From positions 608,001 to 672,000 of the forward strand of contig JBGAHS010000004.1 in assembly GCA_044226015.1 (NCBI GenBank): a stretch of 64,000 nt of DNA, in the 5' to 3' direction. The DNA is from Candidatus Obscuribacteraceae bacterium. Its GTDB lineage: Bacteria; Cyanobacteriota; Vampirovibrionia; Obscuribacterales; Obscuribacteraceae. A model generated the notes under the pieces. That model searched no databases and was not told the DNA's origin. It saw only the letters and a program-made list of their open reading frames with translations. The position numbers were made by a program, and so were the translations under genes. This document shows, in pieces, positions 51,128 to 60,968 of this stretch; the stretch's first letter is position 1; each line of letters opens with the position of its first letter.

Positions 51128-53056
51128 ATGATAGGTGAGCTAATAGCAGGAAAATTTAGGATTGTCGAGGACCTGGGTTCTGGGGGAATGGGTCGCGTAT
51201 ATAAAGCAGAACAGATTGATCTGAATCGAACCGTTGCAATCAAAATTCTGCATCCCGAAATAACTGATACCAATGCGATTCTGAAAGAAGCCAAAGTTCT
51301 TGCAGGACTAAGAGACAAGTACATTGTTGAGGTTTTCTCGGTAGGCGAATTATCTGATGGATCACTATATCTGGTTATGGAGTATGTTGAAGGAAAAACT
51401 CTAAGTCGCATTGTTTTTGAATCAGGGCATCTCCCTGAAAGTAGGGTGGTAAATATAGGTTTGCAAATTTGCCAGGCTATTCGAACCTTGCACTCGCAGA
51501 AAATAATTCATCGTGATCTCAAATCAGCAAACGTAATCTTAAGGCAGGCAGCAGATGAAGAGCTAGTCAAAGTTCTGGATTTCGGTCTTTCAAAAAAATT
51601 CAAATCTGAACATCAACATAAGACTTCGACAGAAACAAAAACTGGGATGTTAATTGGTACTGTTGATTACATGTCGCCGGAGGTTTGCTCTGGACAGAAA
51701 GCAACTGAAGCTTCTGACATATATGCTCTGGGCTGCATCTTGTTTGAGTGTTTGACTGGTAGACTCCCTTTTGTTTGTGACAATTGGGTTGGTTTAATAT
51801 ACAAGCACCAGCACGAGCAAGCCCCGAAGCCCTCGACGCTACAAGCTGGGATAAGTTCAATTATTGATACCACTGTTTTGAAATGCCTGGCAAAAAATCC
51901 GTCAGATCGATTTAGCGTTTCTGAATTGCAGGAACATCTTCAAAGAATTCAATGCGGAGCTGCAACTGAGGTTTTGGTGTCAGGCTCAAAAGGACAACGT
52001 GTATGGATTAAAACTGTAGCTAGTATAGTGGTTTTTGGATTGATATTTTGCGTTGTTGCCAATATTGCACATCTTCGTGAATCTAGAAATCAGAATTTAT
52101 CAAAAGATTTAGTGATGCTAGATTCTCCAAGTAGAGGATTAAAGGCTCGGCGAAAATCTCTTGATACAGCTTCAGCTGGAACATGTTTTGAAACACTGAA
52201 ATCGCTGAGTTCGGAAGACCCTCAGCCTGTAGAGGAGATGATTTCTATATGTTCTCGGCTTGAAAAAATTGCAGTTAAACATGAAGATCTTTTTGTTGCA
52301 TACCAGATGCATGGAAAACTACTCAACAATCGTGATGAAGTTGTTGCGTGCTTTGAAAATGCACTTCACCATGCCTTGTTAAGTGCAGATGGGCAATACA
52401 CTATTGAATCTATGTTTCCTCTATACGGATTGTTTTCCTACTACCACCAAAACAAAAAAGATGCGCAGCAGGAAGAACTCGGCGAGAAATTGGTTCGTCT
52501 TGCGGACAAACAGAAAGTGCTTGCCTTGCCATCTTTGAACTGCAATTTTAATATCAGCTTGCTTGCTTTTGGAAATGATATTGGAGCATTGACAGAGGAA
52601 TCTCTTTCCGATTATTACTACAGGAAGGGCAATCTGAAAAAGTGTATTTTGTACGGTGAGCGAGCCATCGCGGATTTCATTGATGTTCCAGTCGACGCTT
52701 ACATCCTGGTTAGCAAAGCTTATTCGGCAACGTCTAGAAAAGCGCTTGCCATTAAAACTATGGAAAGCCTAGAGAAGCGGCTGGCAGAGGTGGAAATTGA
52801 TGTGACAATGTCGATTAAAGGTAAAAAGAAAAGTTATACCGGGCTTTTGAATGCTTCAGGTGGAAGTAAGCTTGTTCGGGATTATTTTGCACTGGCGGAG
52901 TATCAGAACTCTGCAGGAAAGAAATCAGAAGCCATAAAGACATACAAGAAGATCCTTGAAGTAGCACCTCAATTTTGGTCGTCGCGATATTATGCAAATG
53001 AGGATATTGTGAAAATCCTGAACAATAGCTGGTTGCATCTTGCGGAATTGATTTGA
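51128..53056 (+). CDS. Hanks-type Ser/Thr protein kinase with TM segment and TPR-like C-terminal region
   Basis: LGSGGMGRVY, VAIK, HRDLKSAN, DFG, GTVDYMSPE, SDIYALG; TM VASIVVFGLIFCVVANI. Confidence 0.93.
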   Translation: MIGELIAGKFRIVEDLGSGGMGRVYKAEQIDLNRTVAIKILHPEITDTNAILKEAKVLAGLRDKYIVEVFSVGELSDGSLYLVMEYVEGKTLSRIVFESGHLPESRVVNIGLQICQAIRTLHSQKIIHRDLKSANVILRQAADEELVKVLDFGLSKKFKSEHQHKTSTETKTGMLIGTVDYMSPEVCSGQKATEASDIYALGCILFECLTGRLPFVCDNWVGLIYKHQHEQAPKPSTLQAGISSIIDTTVLKCLAKNPSDRFSVSELQEHLQRIQCGAATEVLVSGSKGQRVWIKTVASIVVFGLIFCVVANIAHLRESRNQNLSKDLVMLDSPSRGLKARRKSLDTASAGTCFETLKSLSSEDPQPVEEMISICSRLEKIAVKHEDLFVAYQMHGKLLNNRDEVVACFENALHHALLSADGQYTIESMFPLYGLFSYYHQNKKDAQQEELGEKLVRLADKQKVLALPSLNCNFNISLLAFGNDIGALTEESLSDYYYRKGNLKKCILYGERAIADFIDVPVDAYILVSKAYSATSRKALAIKTMESLEKRLAEVEIDVTMSIKGKKKSYTGLLNASGGSKLVRDYFALAEYQNSAGKKSEAIKTYKKILEVAPQFWSSRYYANEDIVKILNNSWLHLAELI

Positions 53057-53155
53057 ACTTGCGGAATTGATTTGAACTTACGGAATTGATTTGAACTTAC
53101 GGAATTGATTTGAACCTGCGGAATTGATCTGAGCGTGCGGAATTGATTTGAGCTT
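53039..53155. repeat. 19-bp minisatellite (CTTGCGGAATTGATTTGAA), 6 copies, first copy contains the kinase stop codon
   Basis: CGGAATTG at 53043, 53062, 53081, 53100, 53119 and 53138. Confidence 0.95.
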
Positions 53156-53326
53156 GCTTAGCAGAGTTGATGTACTCGCACAAGTGGTGGGATCTCTAGC
53201 AAATCACTTTTTGTGGAGGATTTTTTTTTTTTTGATTTTGTAACTTCACGCTGAGTTCACGTTGTTTTCACTCCTGATTCACATAAGTTTTCTAGATTGA
53301 TTGTATGAGGAAATGGGTGTGCAAAA

Positions 53327-53653
53327 GTGCAGTTCTATAGCGGAAATTCTGATGATTTCATTCTCACCGAACTACTTCAAAAAGCTATGAAGGAATTGTC
53401 GGAGAGAGATTTTCTTGGCGCAAGAGAGACCTTTGCGGAGATCTGTACTCGTTATCCAGATAATTGGAATGCAAGATATTTTTACTCCATGACTTTGTGT
53501 TCGATTGGAGACTTCACCGAAGCCTATGAGCAACTTTCATGGATCTCCCTGAATGCTTCCGAATCCATATGGTTAACCGTGGCGAAAAATGGCAAGTTGC
53601 TCATTGAACAAAAGGAACGTGACATCAGGAAGGCACTCACAGCGCTGATATAA
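53327..53653 (+). CDS. Small TPR-like protein
   Basis: DFLGARETFAEICTRYPDNWNARYFYSMTLCSIGDFTEAYEQL. Confidence 0.7.
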   Translation: MQFYSGNSDDFILTELLQKAMKELSERDFLGARETFAEICTRYPDNWNARYFYSMTLCSIGDFTEAYEQLSWISLNASESIWLTVAKNGKLLIEQKERDIRKALTALI

Positions 53654-53791
53654 GTTTGGGGGACACGCGCAAAGAATAGAGAACGGATGGCTCAAATCCG
53701 TTCTCTATTCTGCTTTCTGCTTATCCGGTACAAGGGATGAATCGTGCCCTCCGTGGGGTATACTTCTTTTGAGAGATGATAGCCTGTCGTA

Positions 53792-55555
53792 ATGAAGAGA
53801 AAGCTGCAGACATTTTTAATTTCGGCTCTTCTCAGCAGCCCCACAGCAATGGCTGAACGTGGCTTGGTAGTTTTTGCGGATACGAAGGACCTAGCTGGCG
53901 CAAAGGCAAAAGGTTCGATACTGGCGGATGCACTAGCTGCGGAAATAGCTGCGGAAATAGCTGCGGAGTCCGGGCTGAACTCAGATCGCACGACAGCACG
54001 ATTCGTCGTTTATGAGCCGCACTCGGAGGCAGGTGCTATCTTTCGCGGGACTGAAGCGAACTTTATCAATCAGGGTGCAGTTGAAGCGAGCGCGGGAGCG
54101 AGTCCCTTGAGCTCCAAAAAGGATGTAGTTAATCCAGATGTTACCATCTCTGGTCATCGGGTAAAGCCAGCTGTGATCTCTGCCAATCAAGAAAAGGATA
54201 CGGCAAATCCCGCGGCAAATCCCGCGGCAAATCCCGCGGCAAATCCCGCGGCAAATCCCGCGGCAAATCCCGCGGCAAATCCCGCGGCAAATCCCGCGGC
54301 AAATCCCGCGGCAAATCCCGCGGCAAATCCCGCGGCAAATCCCGCGGCAAATCCCGCAGCAAATCCCGCGGCAAATCCCGCGGCAAATCCAGCAGCAAAT
54401 CCTGCAGCAAATCCCATTACAAATTCCACCACCGATTCGAATACTGCTGGAGTCTCCGGTTCCAGTCCCGTGATTCCTGTGGAACCCAGCGCATCGCTCT
54501 CGGACTCTGTAGCAGACAGCCTCAGCTCGCTGGAAAATACATTATTTGGCAGAACTTTTAATTCTGACAAGGCTAGTGACAGGCTAGTCAGAGTTGAGCG
54601 GTTTGTGTTCGGTGAAGAGGCGAAGGGCGAGCCAGGCGTGCGATTGCAAAAGCTATTCGCTGCCTTGAGTAAAAAGAATCAAAATGGAGATGCATCAAAG
54701 GAAACTATTTCTGCCTCGCACTCCAAACCTCGTGGAGTTCTAGCCACCATAAATGATGGCATAGATAATTACAATCGCCACCGATTTCATAACGCCGAAG
54801 ATGATTTCAATGATGCTCTGGATATGGCACCAGGGATGCCGAGAATTTACGTCTATTTGGGCGTAACGCTTTTGCAAATAAATCAACGTCAGTCCGCCAT
54901 AGATGCCTTACGTACAGCTTATGAATTGGACCCTTTTGGAACCTATGGTCGCTACGCTAAACATTGTCTTATCGTTCTCATGGGCGATGAGGAAGTTCGA
55001 AAACGTGGTCCAAAAGACAATTTGAAAACGGTAAAGAACACTATAGATTCGTTGAACAAGCGGGCTGGTGATGAAGCGACCAGGCAGGGACGATTTGCAC
55101 AAATAATGGCTCAGGCAAAGCAAGCGTCGGCAAATGGTTTTGCCAGCAGTCTAAGTCAGAATTCTGATACATACAGCAGCGAAATAGCTTTGAGGCAAAG
55201 TTTTGTGAGAATGGATGCCATGGTTCAAATGGCGAGGGTGCGTCAGGAAGCGGCTCAACGAGCTGCTAATACGCGTGAGGCTGCTAACAATTTGAAGACG
55301 CAGATCTCGGCGAAGCTGATGCCTGGTGATGCGAAATTGCGCGCTTTTGGGACTACCTTGCACGCCAGATATTATGGAGACGAAACATATAACCTGGCTC
55401 CATGGTATATTCCTCGGGAGATGCCACTTCAGCTCAAGGCTCAGGCTGTTTTGCTACCTACTTTTTCTGCGAAGAGCAAATCAAAGAAACTAAGATCTGC
55501 CACTGTCAAACGAAATTCGAGCATAACAAAATCAAAAAAGTACAGGAGACGTTAG
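53792..55555 (+). CDS. Exported protein with NPAA repeat linker and TPR region
   Basis: Signal peptide [73 protein letters not shown]. Confidence 0.8.
   Translation: MKRKLQTFLISALLSSPTAMAERGLVVFADTKDLAGAKAKGSILADALAAEIAAEIAAESGLNSDRTTARFVVYEPHSEAGAIFRGTEANFINQGAVEASAGASPLSSKKDVVNPDVTISGHRVKPAVISANQEKDTANPAANPAANPAANPAANPAANPAANPAANPAANPAANPAANPAANPAANPAANPAANPAANPAANPAANPITNSTTDSNTAGVSGSSPVIPVEPSASLSDSVADSLSSLENTLFGRTFNSDKASDRLVRVERFVFGEEAKGEPGVRLQKLFAALSKKNQNGDASKETISASHSKPRGVLATINDGIDNYNRHRFHNAEDDFNDALDMAPGMPRIYVYLGVTLLQINQRQSAIDALRTAYELDPFGTYGRYAKHCLIVLMGDEEVRKRGPKDNLKTVKNTIDSLNKRAGDEATRQGRFAQIMAQAKQASANGFASSLSQNSDTYSSEIALRQSFVRMDAMVQMARVRQEAAQRAANTREAANNLKTQISAKLMPGDAKLRAFGTTLHARYYGDETYNLAPWYIPREMPLQLKAQAVLLPTFSAKSKSKKLRSATVKRNSSITKSKKYRRR
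54201..54415 (+). repeat. 12-bp coding repeat (GCAAATCCCGCG)n encoding ANPA, ~18 copies
   Basis: Directly visible. Confidence 0.95.
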
Positions 55556-55556
55556 T

Positions 55557-56345
55557 GTGAATAGAAATTTGCTAATAGCATCTGTTATTTTGATTAACCC
55601 TGTTTTGGCGTCTTTTTCCGCGCCTGAACGGACTGTAGACAACGATCCTGTGCGGATTCAGCAAGCCAAGGATCTTATTGATTCCAATCAAAAAATAGTT
55701 TCAAATGCGGATCATTATTTGGCGCAAGCAGAAAAGACAATTGCAGAAACGAAGAAACTCCAGGGAGAGGCGCGCCGGTATAGGAAGAATCTAAATATTC
55801 AAGCTCCGCTTCTTAGGGGGCAAGCTCTGAGTGATGCGAAAAAGCAATATAAAATAGATCTCTCTCAGTTCTCCGATCATGTTCGCAAGTATAATCTTCA
55901 TACATTGGATGTTCGAAAGAGTTATGGACAGTGCCAGGCCAGCAAGGCTGCCTACGAGAAAATGAAGAAGGATCTGTCTTTGCACTGTGATCAATTTCAT
56001 ATGAAGGATGTTGAACCGCCGCACATCTGCTTAGATATCGATAGTTCAGTAGTGGAAGCGTTAAGCGCTCAGAACAAGGTTCAGCAGCAAGCAATGCGGG
56101 TCGCACAGGCGCAAATGGATCTTGATAAAGAGGAAGCTCGACTACAGAAATCAATTAAGGAAACTGGAATAATAGATGCTGAGCTTATGACTAACTCCGC
56201 AATGGCATTGAAAGAGCAAGAACTTGCTTCTGAATTCGGAAGGCTTAAAGAAGAACACAGGCAATTAGATGTTGAGCGTAGAGCTTTGTCGCGAAGTGGT
56301 GTTAGATTCGGTGTTCCTTCGGTGAAGGCTAAGGTTCGCAAGTAG
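55557..56345 (+). CDS. Exported coiled-coil hypothetical protein
   Basis: Signal-like N-terminus, long coiled coil, central HCDQFH..PPHIC; starts 1 bp after the upstream stop. Confidence 0.75.
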   Translation: MNRNLLIASVILINPVLASFSAPERTVDNDPVRIQQAKDLIDSNQKIVSNADHYLAQAEKTIAETKKLQGEARRYRKNLNIQAPLLRGQALSDAKKQYKIDLSQFSDHVRKYNLHTLDVRKSYGQCQASKAAYEKMKKDLSLHCDQFHMKDVEPPHICLDIDSSVVEALSAQNKVQQQAMRVAQAQMDLDKEEARLQKSIKETGIIDAELMTNSAMALKEQELASEFGRLKEEHRQLDVERRALSRSGVRFGVPSVKAKVRK

Positions 56346-56516
56346 TCCGAAGACGCGATGCGAGATTGAGCCGATGGCGCGATGCGCGAGTGTGGTCCGA
56401 TGACGCGATGCGAGATTGAGCCGAAGGCGCGATGCGCGAGTAAGTCCGATGGCGCGATGCGCGAGTAAGTCCGATGGCGCGATGCGCGAGTAAGTCCGAT
56501 GGCGCGATGCGCGAGT
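56345..56516. repeat. 24-26-bp minisatellite (GTCCGATGGCGCGATGCGCGAGTAA), 7 copies
   Basis: CGCGATGCG at 56354, 56378, 56404, 56428, 56453, 56478 and 56503. Confidence 0.93.
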
Positions 56517-56807
56517 TGGCCGTTGTGTAGTGGACCGAGCAATTTGACATGTTCAAGCTATTGAACTAATGCTTTGGAAATTGTTGTGAAGGAGCGTTGC
56601 TGAGGATCTTTGATGATCGCTAAGCTACCAGAGCATTGAAGCCAAAAGACGGTATGCAGCTGTGACTATTATCACTGTTGGCATGACTTTGAGCATTCTG
56701 CGATCGCCTATTTTGAATGACCTCCGACGAATATCATTATAAGTGGAACTCTTCTAAGATAAAAACACAATTAGTAGCTCAAGCTTTCGACTCTCCCTTA
56801 TGCCCTT

Positions 56808-59800
56808 ATGCCTAGTGAGGGACCGGCTTGCCGTGAGCAATCGAGATTTTATGGAGTTCTTATCATGGATTCTAGTTCTACCGAAACACAAAATGGAAAT
56901 GGCAATGGATGCGGCAGCGGACCCGCTCCTCAGCCTTGTGCTTGTTGTTCTGCGCTTGCTCAACTCAGGATGCCGTGGTTAGATGTGGCTGTGCAACATG
57001 CTGCACCACACTATCCTCAAAATCCTAACCAACCATTTGCGCATCCTTATTCCAATGCATATCCGCCTCAAACTTCGCCTTACCACACCGCACAATCTTT
57101 TCAGCAACAGCCAGTATATGAAGAAGACGAGCCCAAAACCACTTTTTTCAAACTTCCTTTTCTAAGTGCAAAAACAAGCAAGAAAAGAAAGGACAAGCGT
57201 ACAAGACGCGTTTCTCGTAAAGAGTCTGGAGAAGTAGTAAACCTTGAGACACTCGGTGTGCAAGGCGGGGACTCTATACGTGAGGGGCACGAATCTCCTT
57301 GCGATCTCCCTTCTGAGGATGCTGACTCTCCGGATGATGCTTCTTGCAGTGAGGGACCTGATGATCCTGAAAGTGACTCCGAGAGTGCAAAGAAAAAGAC
57401 AAAAAAGCTACGCAAGTTTAACGTCAAGTTTGGGCTTCAAGGACTTGCTGTTGGGCTTCTTGGAATTATGTCGCCGGCTTTTCTCCTTGCTGCGACCATG
57501 TTGTCTACTCCAAAGCGGATTACACTTGTAACTCTTCATCATCCGGTCGAAACGATTCTGGAATTCTTGCTGGTTATTGCAATTCCGATTGTGAATTATC
57601 TCGTCTGGTCTGCAATTTGCAAGAACAGATTCAACCTTTCCCGATGGCTCATTATGGCTCTTGGCTCTTGCGTGGGCACCGGAGTACTGGTCGCTGGAAT
57701 CTGTTTTGCCGGGCTTTTTGGCTCACATGAGGACCTTGTTGACGCAATTGGGTCAGATTTCACAATGGGATTTGCATGGCTGGGTGCACTTTCGTTTCTG
57801 GCTGGATCCAGTTCTGCCTACCTTGTTCATCGCTTACGTCAGTATTGGGAGCTTCCCAGTGCACGTCTTAACGTGACGGTACAAGCCGCTACTGGATTGA
57901 TCCTTGCGATTCTGGCTTTTGCTGGGGCTGAATATCGCCCATGGTGTATTCGTATGGCACAATACAATGCGGTGTCGAAGGATGAAGTTACACGCAAAGA
58001 AGGTCTTAAGTGGCTTCGCCAGTTGAATCCGGAGAGAGAGATGCGCATGGAATGCTCGGATTCCAGAGCCGCCGGCTTAGCTGGCTTGTTTTTTCCAATA
58101 AAGTCTGTGCCGCAACAGCAGCTCTATTTCACTTTGACTGGAACGCCGTACAGCTTCCGTGACGAAAAAGCAACTGATCTGGCGTCGATGTCTGACGCTT
58201 ATCTGAGTCGGCACGTGGTGGGAGATCGCATTCCAAATCTAGAACTCGCTCGCTCCAGTTTGAACGGAGTAATGCACGCTAACACTCTGACTTCGACGCT
58301 AAACTGGACCTTTGTTGTACGAAACGGCACCTCGAGTGCGCAAGAAATGCGCGCTGAAATAGCTTTGCCGGTTGGGGCTGCTGTCACAGGCTTGAAGGTC
58401 TGGCGGCGAGGAGAGGCAGCTGATGCTTCAATAGTTTCTTCTGGAAAAAGTTTGAATACCGTTTCAAGCAATAGTGTGGATGGTTCGACTGAAGATGGCA
58501 ACTCCTCATCGAACTCCAGTGATGATAGCTCCGGTGAAGATGGCAACTCCTCATCGAACTCCAGTGATGATAGCTCCGGTGAAGATGGCAACTCGGGCGA
58601 ATCAAGTAGTAATTCTGTGCAGATTCAGCAAGGCACCCAGGCGCAGTATGTAACCGCCGGCAGTGACGTACCTGGAATGGTAACGGACCTTGGTCATGGT
58701 CGCGTCCTAGTTCATTGCTATCCTGTGCCTCATGACGAAGAACTCAAAGTGATGGTGACTATGGTTGTTCCGCTGAAGTCGGAAAACTCGGGTGAGGCTT
58801 CATTGATGACTCCTCAACTGTTAGCTTCGAACTTTGGTCTTGAAGGTGAACATAACCTGCGCTTGCGCTCAACAAGCAGGTTGATAAGCTCAGTAAATGG
58901 GCTGGAAATGAGTACGAATCCTAGCGGCGAGAGCATCATATCTGGTGTGCTCAGTAATCAGCAGATGGAGACTTCTCCTTTGCTAATAACTGCAAAGCGT
59001 GATCAGGCAAGTCGACCTTTTGCTGTCCTTGATAAAATTGCAACCTTTCATCATACACAAGAACTAAAACAAAAGGAGAAGATTCGCGTACAAAAAGCAA
59101 TTGCCGCTGAAAAGGCACGTGTTGCAGCAATTAATGCCAGAGATGCCGAAGAAGTAGGGCAGGTTGTGTTGATGATCGATGGCTCAAAAGGCGTCGATTT
59201 TAACAAAATCGTGAAAAAGCAAAAGCATGTTGAAAAAGCCAAAGTAATCAAGCCGAAGGCTATTCCTGTCGAGCCGCAATATGTGGTGGAAGACATAAAG
59301 AAGATGGGTGCACCAGCACCCAAGCATCTCGTAATTGTTCTGGATGGATCCAGTGGAATGAATGAGCATCGCCAAGAAATTGCTGATGCATTGACGACTC
59401 TCCCCAAGTCGATTCCGACATCTTTAATCGTTGCAAGCCAGGAGAGTGATAAGCACATTAATATCCAGGACCTCCAGAACGCAATGCCGAATCTTTCTTC
59501 TAAGGTTGGCTTTGTTGGAGGTCAAGACAATCTGCAAGCCGTAGTTCGCGCTGCGGAATTGGCAAGTGAAACTAAGGACTCTGCTGTTCTCTGGATTCAT
59601 GGACCTCAACCTACCCTGAATGGCGAGACTTATATAATCAATTCCTATAGTTCGCCTCCGGCGTTTTATGAACTACCTGTGGTGGCAGGAACTGATACAT
59701 TCGAATTTTTCCGGAATCATGCAGAAATCGGACCTTTTACGCAGGTTCCGCGCAATGGCAAGTCGGTTCAAAACGACCTAGAAACTTTCTTCACCAGATG

Positions 59801-60521
59801 GAATCCAAACAACAATAGCCTCGCTGCGACGCTCAGTGAAACGGCGAAGGTTCCTTCAGATGCAGTAGCGCCTAGCCGAGAAGAAGCAAGAGAAATGCTC
59901 ACTTTAAGAGCCGTTGAAGAATGCAATAAACTGATTTCCACGCGTTACTTCCGCAGAGCTACCCGTCTTGCACTGGAGTATGGATTTGTATCATCGGTGA
60001 GTTGTGCCATTCTGGATAACAACACGAGCAAAATCGAAGACGCTGACAACGTTAAGAAAGGCGATGAAAACGATGAGGCGGCCCCGAAATCCACGACTAT
60101 CAGCGCTGAAACGAAGAAAACCGCAGACTCATTCGATGTGGCGGGTCAGGTCGGATCGGTAGCGATGGCACCAATTCTGCAAGGCGCTACAAACGGAACT
60201 GTAGGACCACAGGGGTCAGACGCAACTGTCATCATGGGAGTCAATACGGCTGGTACTGTTCGTGTTAATAACCTTGCTAATCTTGAAGCATTGTTAAACA
60301 TAATCGCCAATCTTGGTGAACTCGGTGCCGTCATTGCAGGTATAGGTCTGATGGCTCATGGCTTCATGAACAAGGATGTTGTGAGAATTGGCGAGGACAT
60401 AGAACTTGGCTCAGCCGGAAGGTTGTGCTTGGGGGCATTCCTCATCGCTTGTGGCTTGGCATTGCCTGGAATGCTGAACTGGTTCGTTGCCTCTGCTCGC
60501 GACGCCAACCTGTTCTCATAA
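56808..60521 (+). CDS. Large integral membrane protein with VIT-like and vWA-like domains and a C-terminal hydrophobic hairpin
   Basis: About 5 N-terminal TM helices; LNWTFVVRNGTSSAQEMRAEIALPVGAAVTGLKVW (VIT-like); LVIVLDGSSGM (vWA MIDAS-like); GGQDN; two C-terminal hydrophobic segments. Start is uncertain (ATG 56865 possible). Confidence 0.75.
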   Translation: MPSEGPACREQSRFYGVLIMDSSSTETQNGNGNGCGSGPAPQPCACCSALAQLRMPWLDVAVQHAAPHYPQNPNQPFAHPYSNAYPPQTSPYHTAQSFQQQPVYEEDEPKTTFFKLPFLSAKTSKKRKDKRTRRVSRKESGEVVNLETLGVQGGDSIREGHESPCDLPSEDADSPDDASCSEGPDDPESDSESAKKKTKKLRKFNVKFGLQGLAVGLLGIMSPAFLLAATMLSTPKRITLVTLHHPVETILEFLLVIAIPIVNYLVWSAICKNRFNLSRWLIMALGSCVGTGVLVAGICFAGLFGSHEDLVDAIGSDFTMGFAWLGALSFLAGSSSAYLVHRLRQYWELPSARLNVTVQAATGLILAILAFAGAEYRPWCIRMAQYNAVSKDEVTRKEGLKWLRQLNPEREMRMECSDSRAAGLAGLFFPIKSVPQQQLYFTLTGTPYSFRDEKATDLASMSDAYLSRHVVGDRIPNLELARSSLNGVMHANTLTSTLNWTFVVRNGTSSAQEMRAEIALPVGAAVTGLKVWRRGEAADASIVSSGKSLNTVSSNSVDGSTEDGNSSSNSSDDSSGEDGNSSSNSSDDSSGEDGNSGESSSNSVQIQQGTQAQYVTAGSDVPGMVTDLGHGRVLVHCYPVPHDEELKVMVTMVVPLKSENSGEASLMTPQLLASNFGLEGEHNLRLRSTSRLISSVNGLEMSTNPSGESIISGVLSNQQMETSPLLITAKRDQASRPFAVLDKIATFHHTQELKQKEKIRVQKAIAAEKARVAAINARDAEEVGQVVLMIDGSKGVDFNKIVKKQKHVEKAKVIKPKAIPVEPQYVVEDIKKMGAPAPKHLVIVLDGSSGMNEHRQEIADALTTLPKSIPTSLIVASQESDKHINIQDLQNAMPNLSSKVGFVGGQDNLQAVVRAAELASETKDSAVLWIHGPQPTLNGETYIINSYSSPPAFYELPVVAGTDTFEFFRNHAEIGPFTQVPRNGKSVQNDLETFFTRWNPNNNSLAATLSETAKVPSDAVAPSREEAREMLTLRAVEECNKLISTRYFRRATRLALEYGFVSSVSCAILDNNTSKIEDADNVKKGDENDEAAPKSTTISAETKKTADSFDVAGQVGSVAMAPILQGATNGTVGPQGSDATVIMGVNTAGTVRVNNLANLEALLNIIANLGELGAVIAGIGLMAHGFMNKDVVRIGEDIELGSAGRLCLGAFLIACGLALPGMLNWFVASARDANLFS

Positions 60522-60592
60522 AGTTGATGATGAACCTTGCTTCTTCATTCATCGGCTGAATCGTAACTCTTCTGAGTTATTCATGCGGAAAG

Positions 60593-60619
60593 ACCCTGCT
60601 TCGGCAGGGTTTTTCTTTT
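60593..60619 (+). terminator. Rho-independent terminator
   Basis: ACCCTGC-TTCG-GCAGGGT (cUUCGg tetraloop) followed by TTTTCTTTT. Confidence 0.88.
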
Positions 60620-60633
60620 CTGTTGGTGAAACT

Positions 60634-60968
60634 GGATGCGGAACTGAAACGGTACCGCTTGGGATGAGGAACTGAAACTGTACCGCTTGGGATGAGGAAC
60701 TGAAACTGTATCGCTTGGGATGAGGAACTGAAACTGTACCGCTTGGGATGCGGGACTGAAACGGTACCGCTTGGGATGCGGAACTGAAACGGTACCGCTT
60801 GGGATGAGGAACTGAAACTGTACCGCTTGGGATGAGGAACTGAAACTGTACCGCTTGGGATGAGGAACTGAAACTGTATCGCTTGGGATGAGGAACTGAA
60901 ACGGTACCGCTTGGGATGCGGGACTGAAACGGTACCGCTTGGGATGAGGAACTGAAACGGTACCGCTT
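60634..60968. repeat. 28-bp tandem array (12 units) GGAACTGAAACGGTACCGCTTGGGATGA
   Basis: Core sites from 60651 to 60959 in 28-bp phase; variants CTGTACCG and CTGTATCG. Confidence 0.97.
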
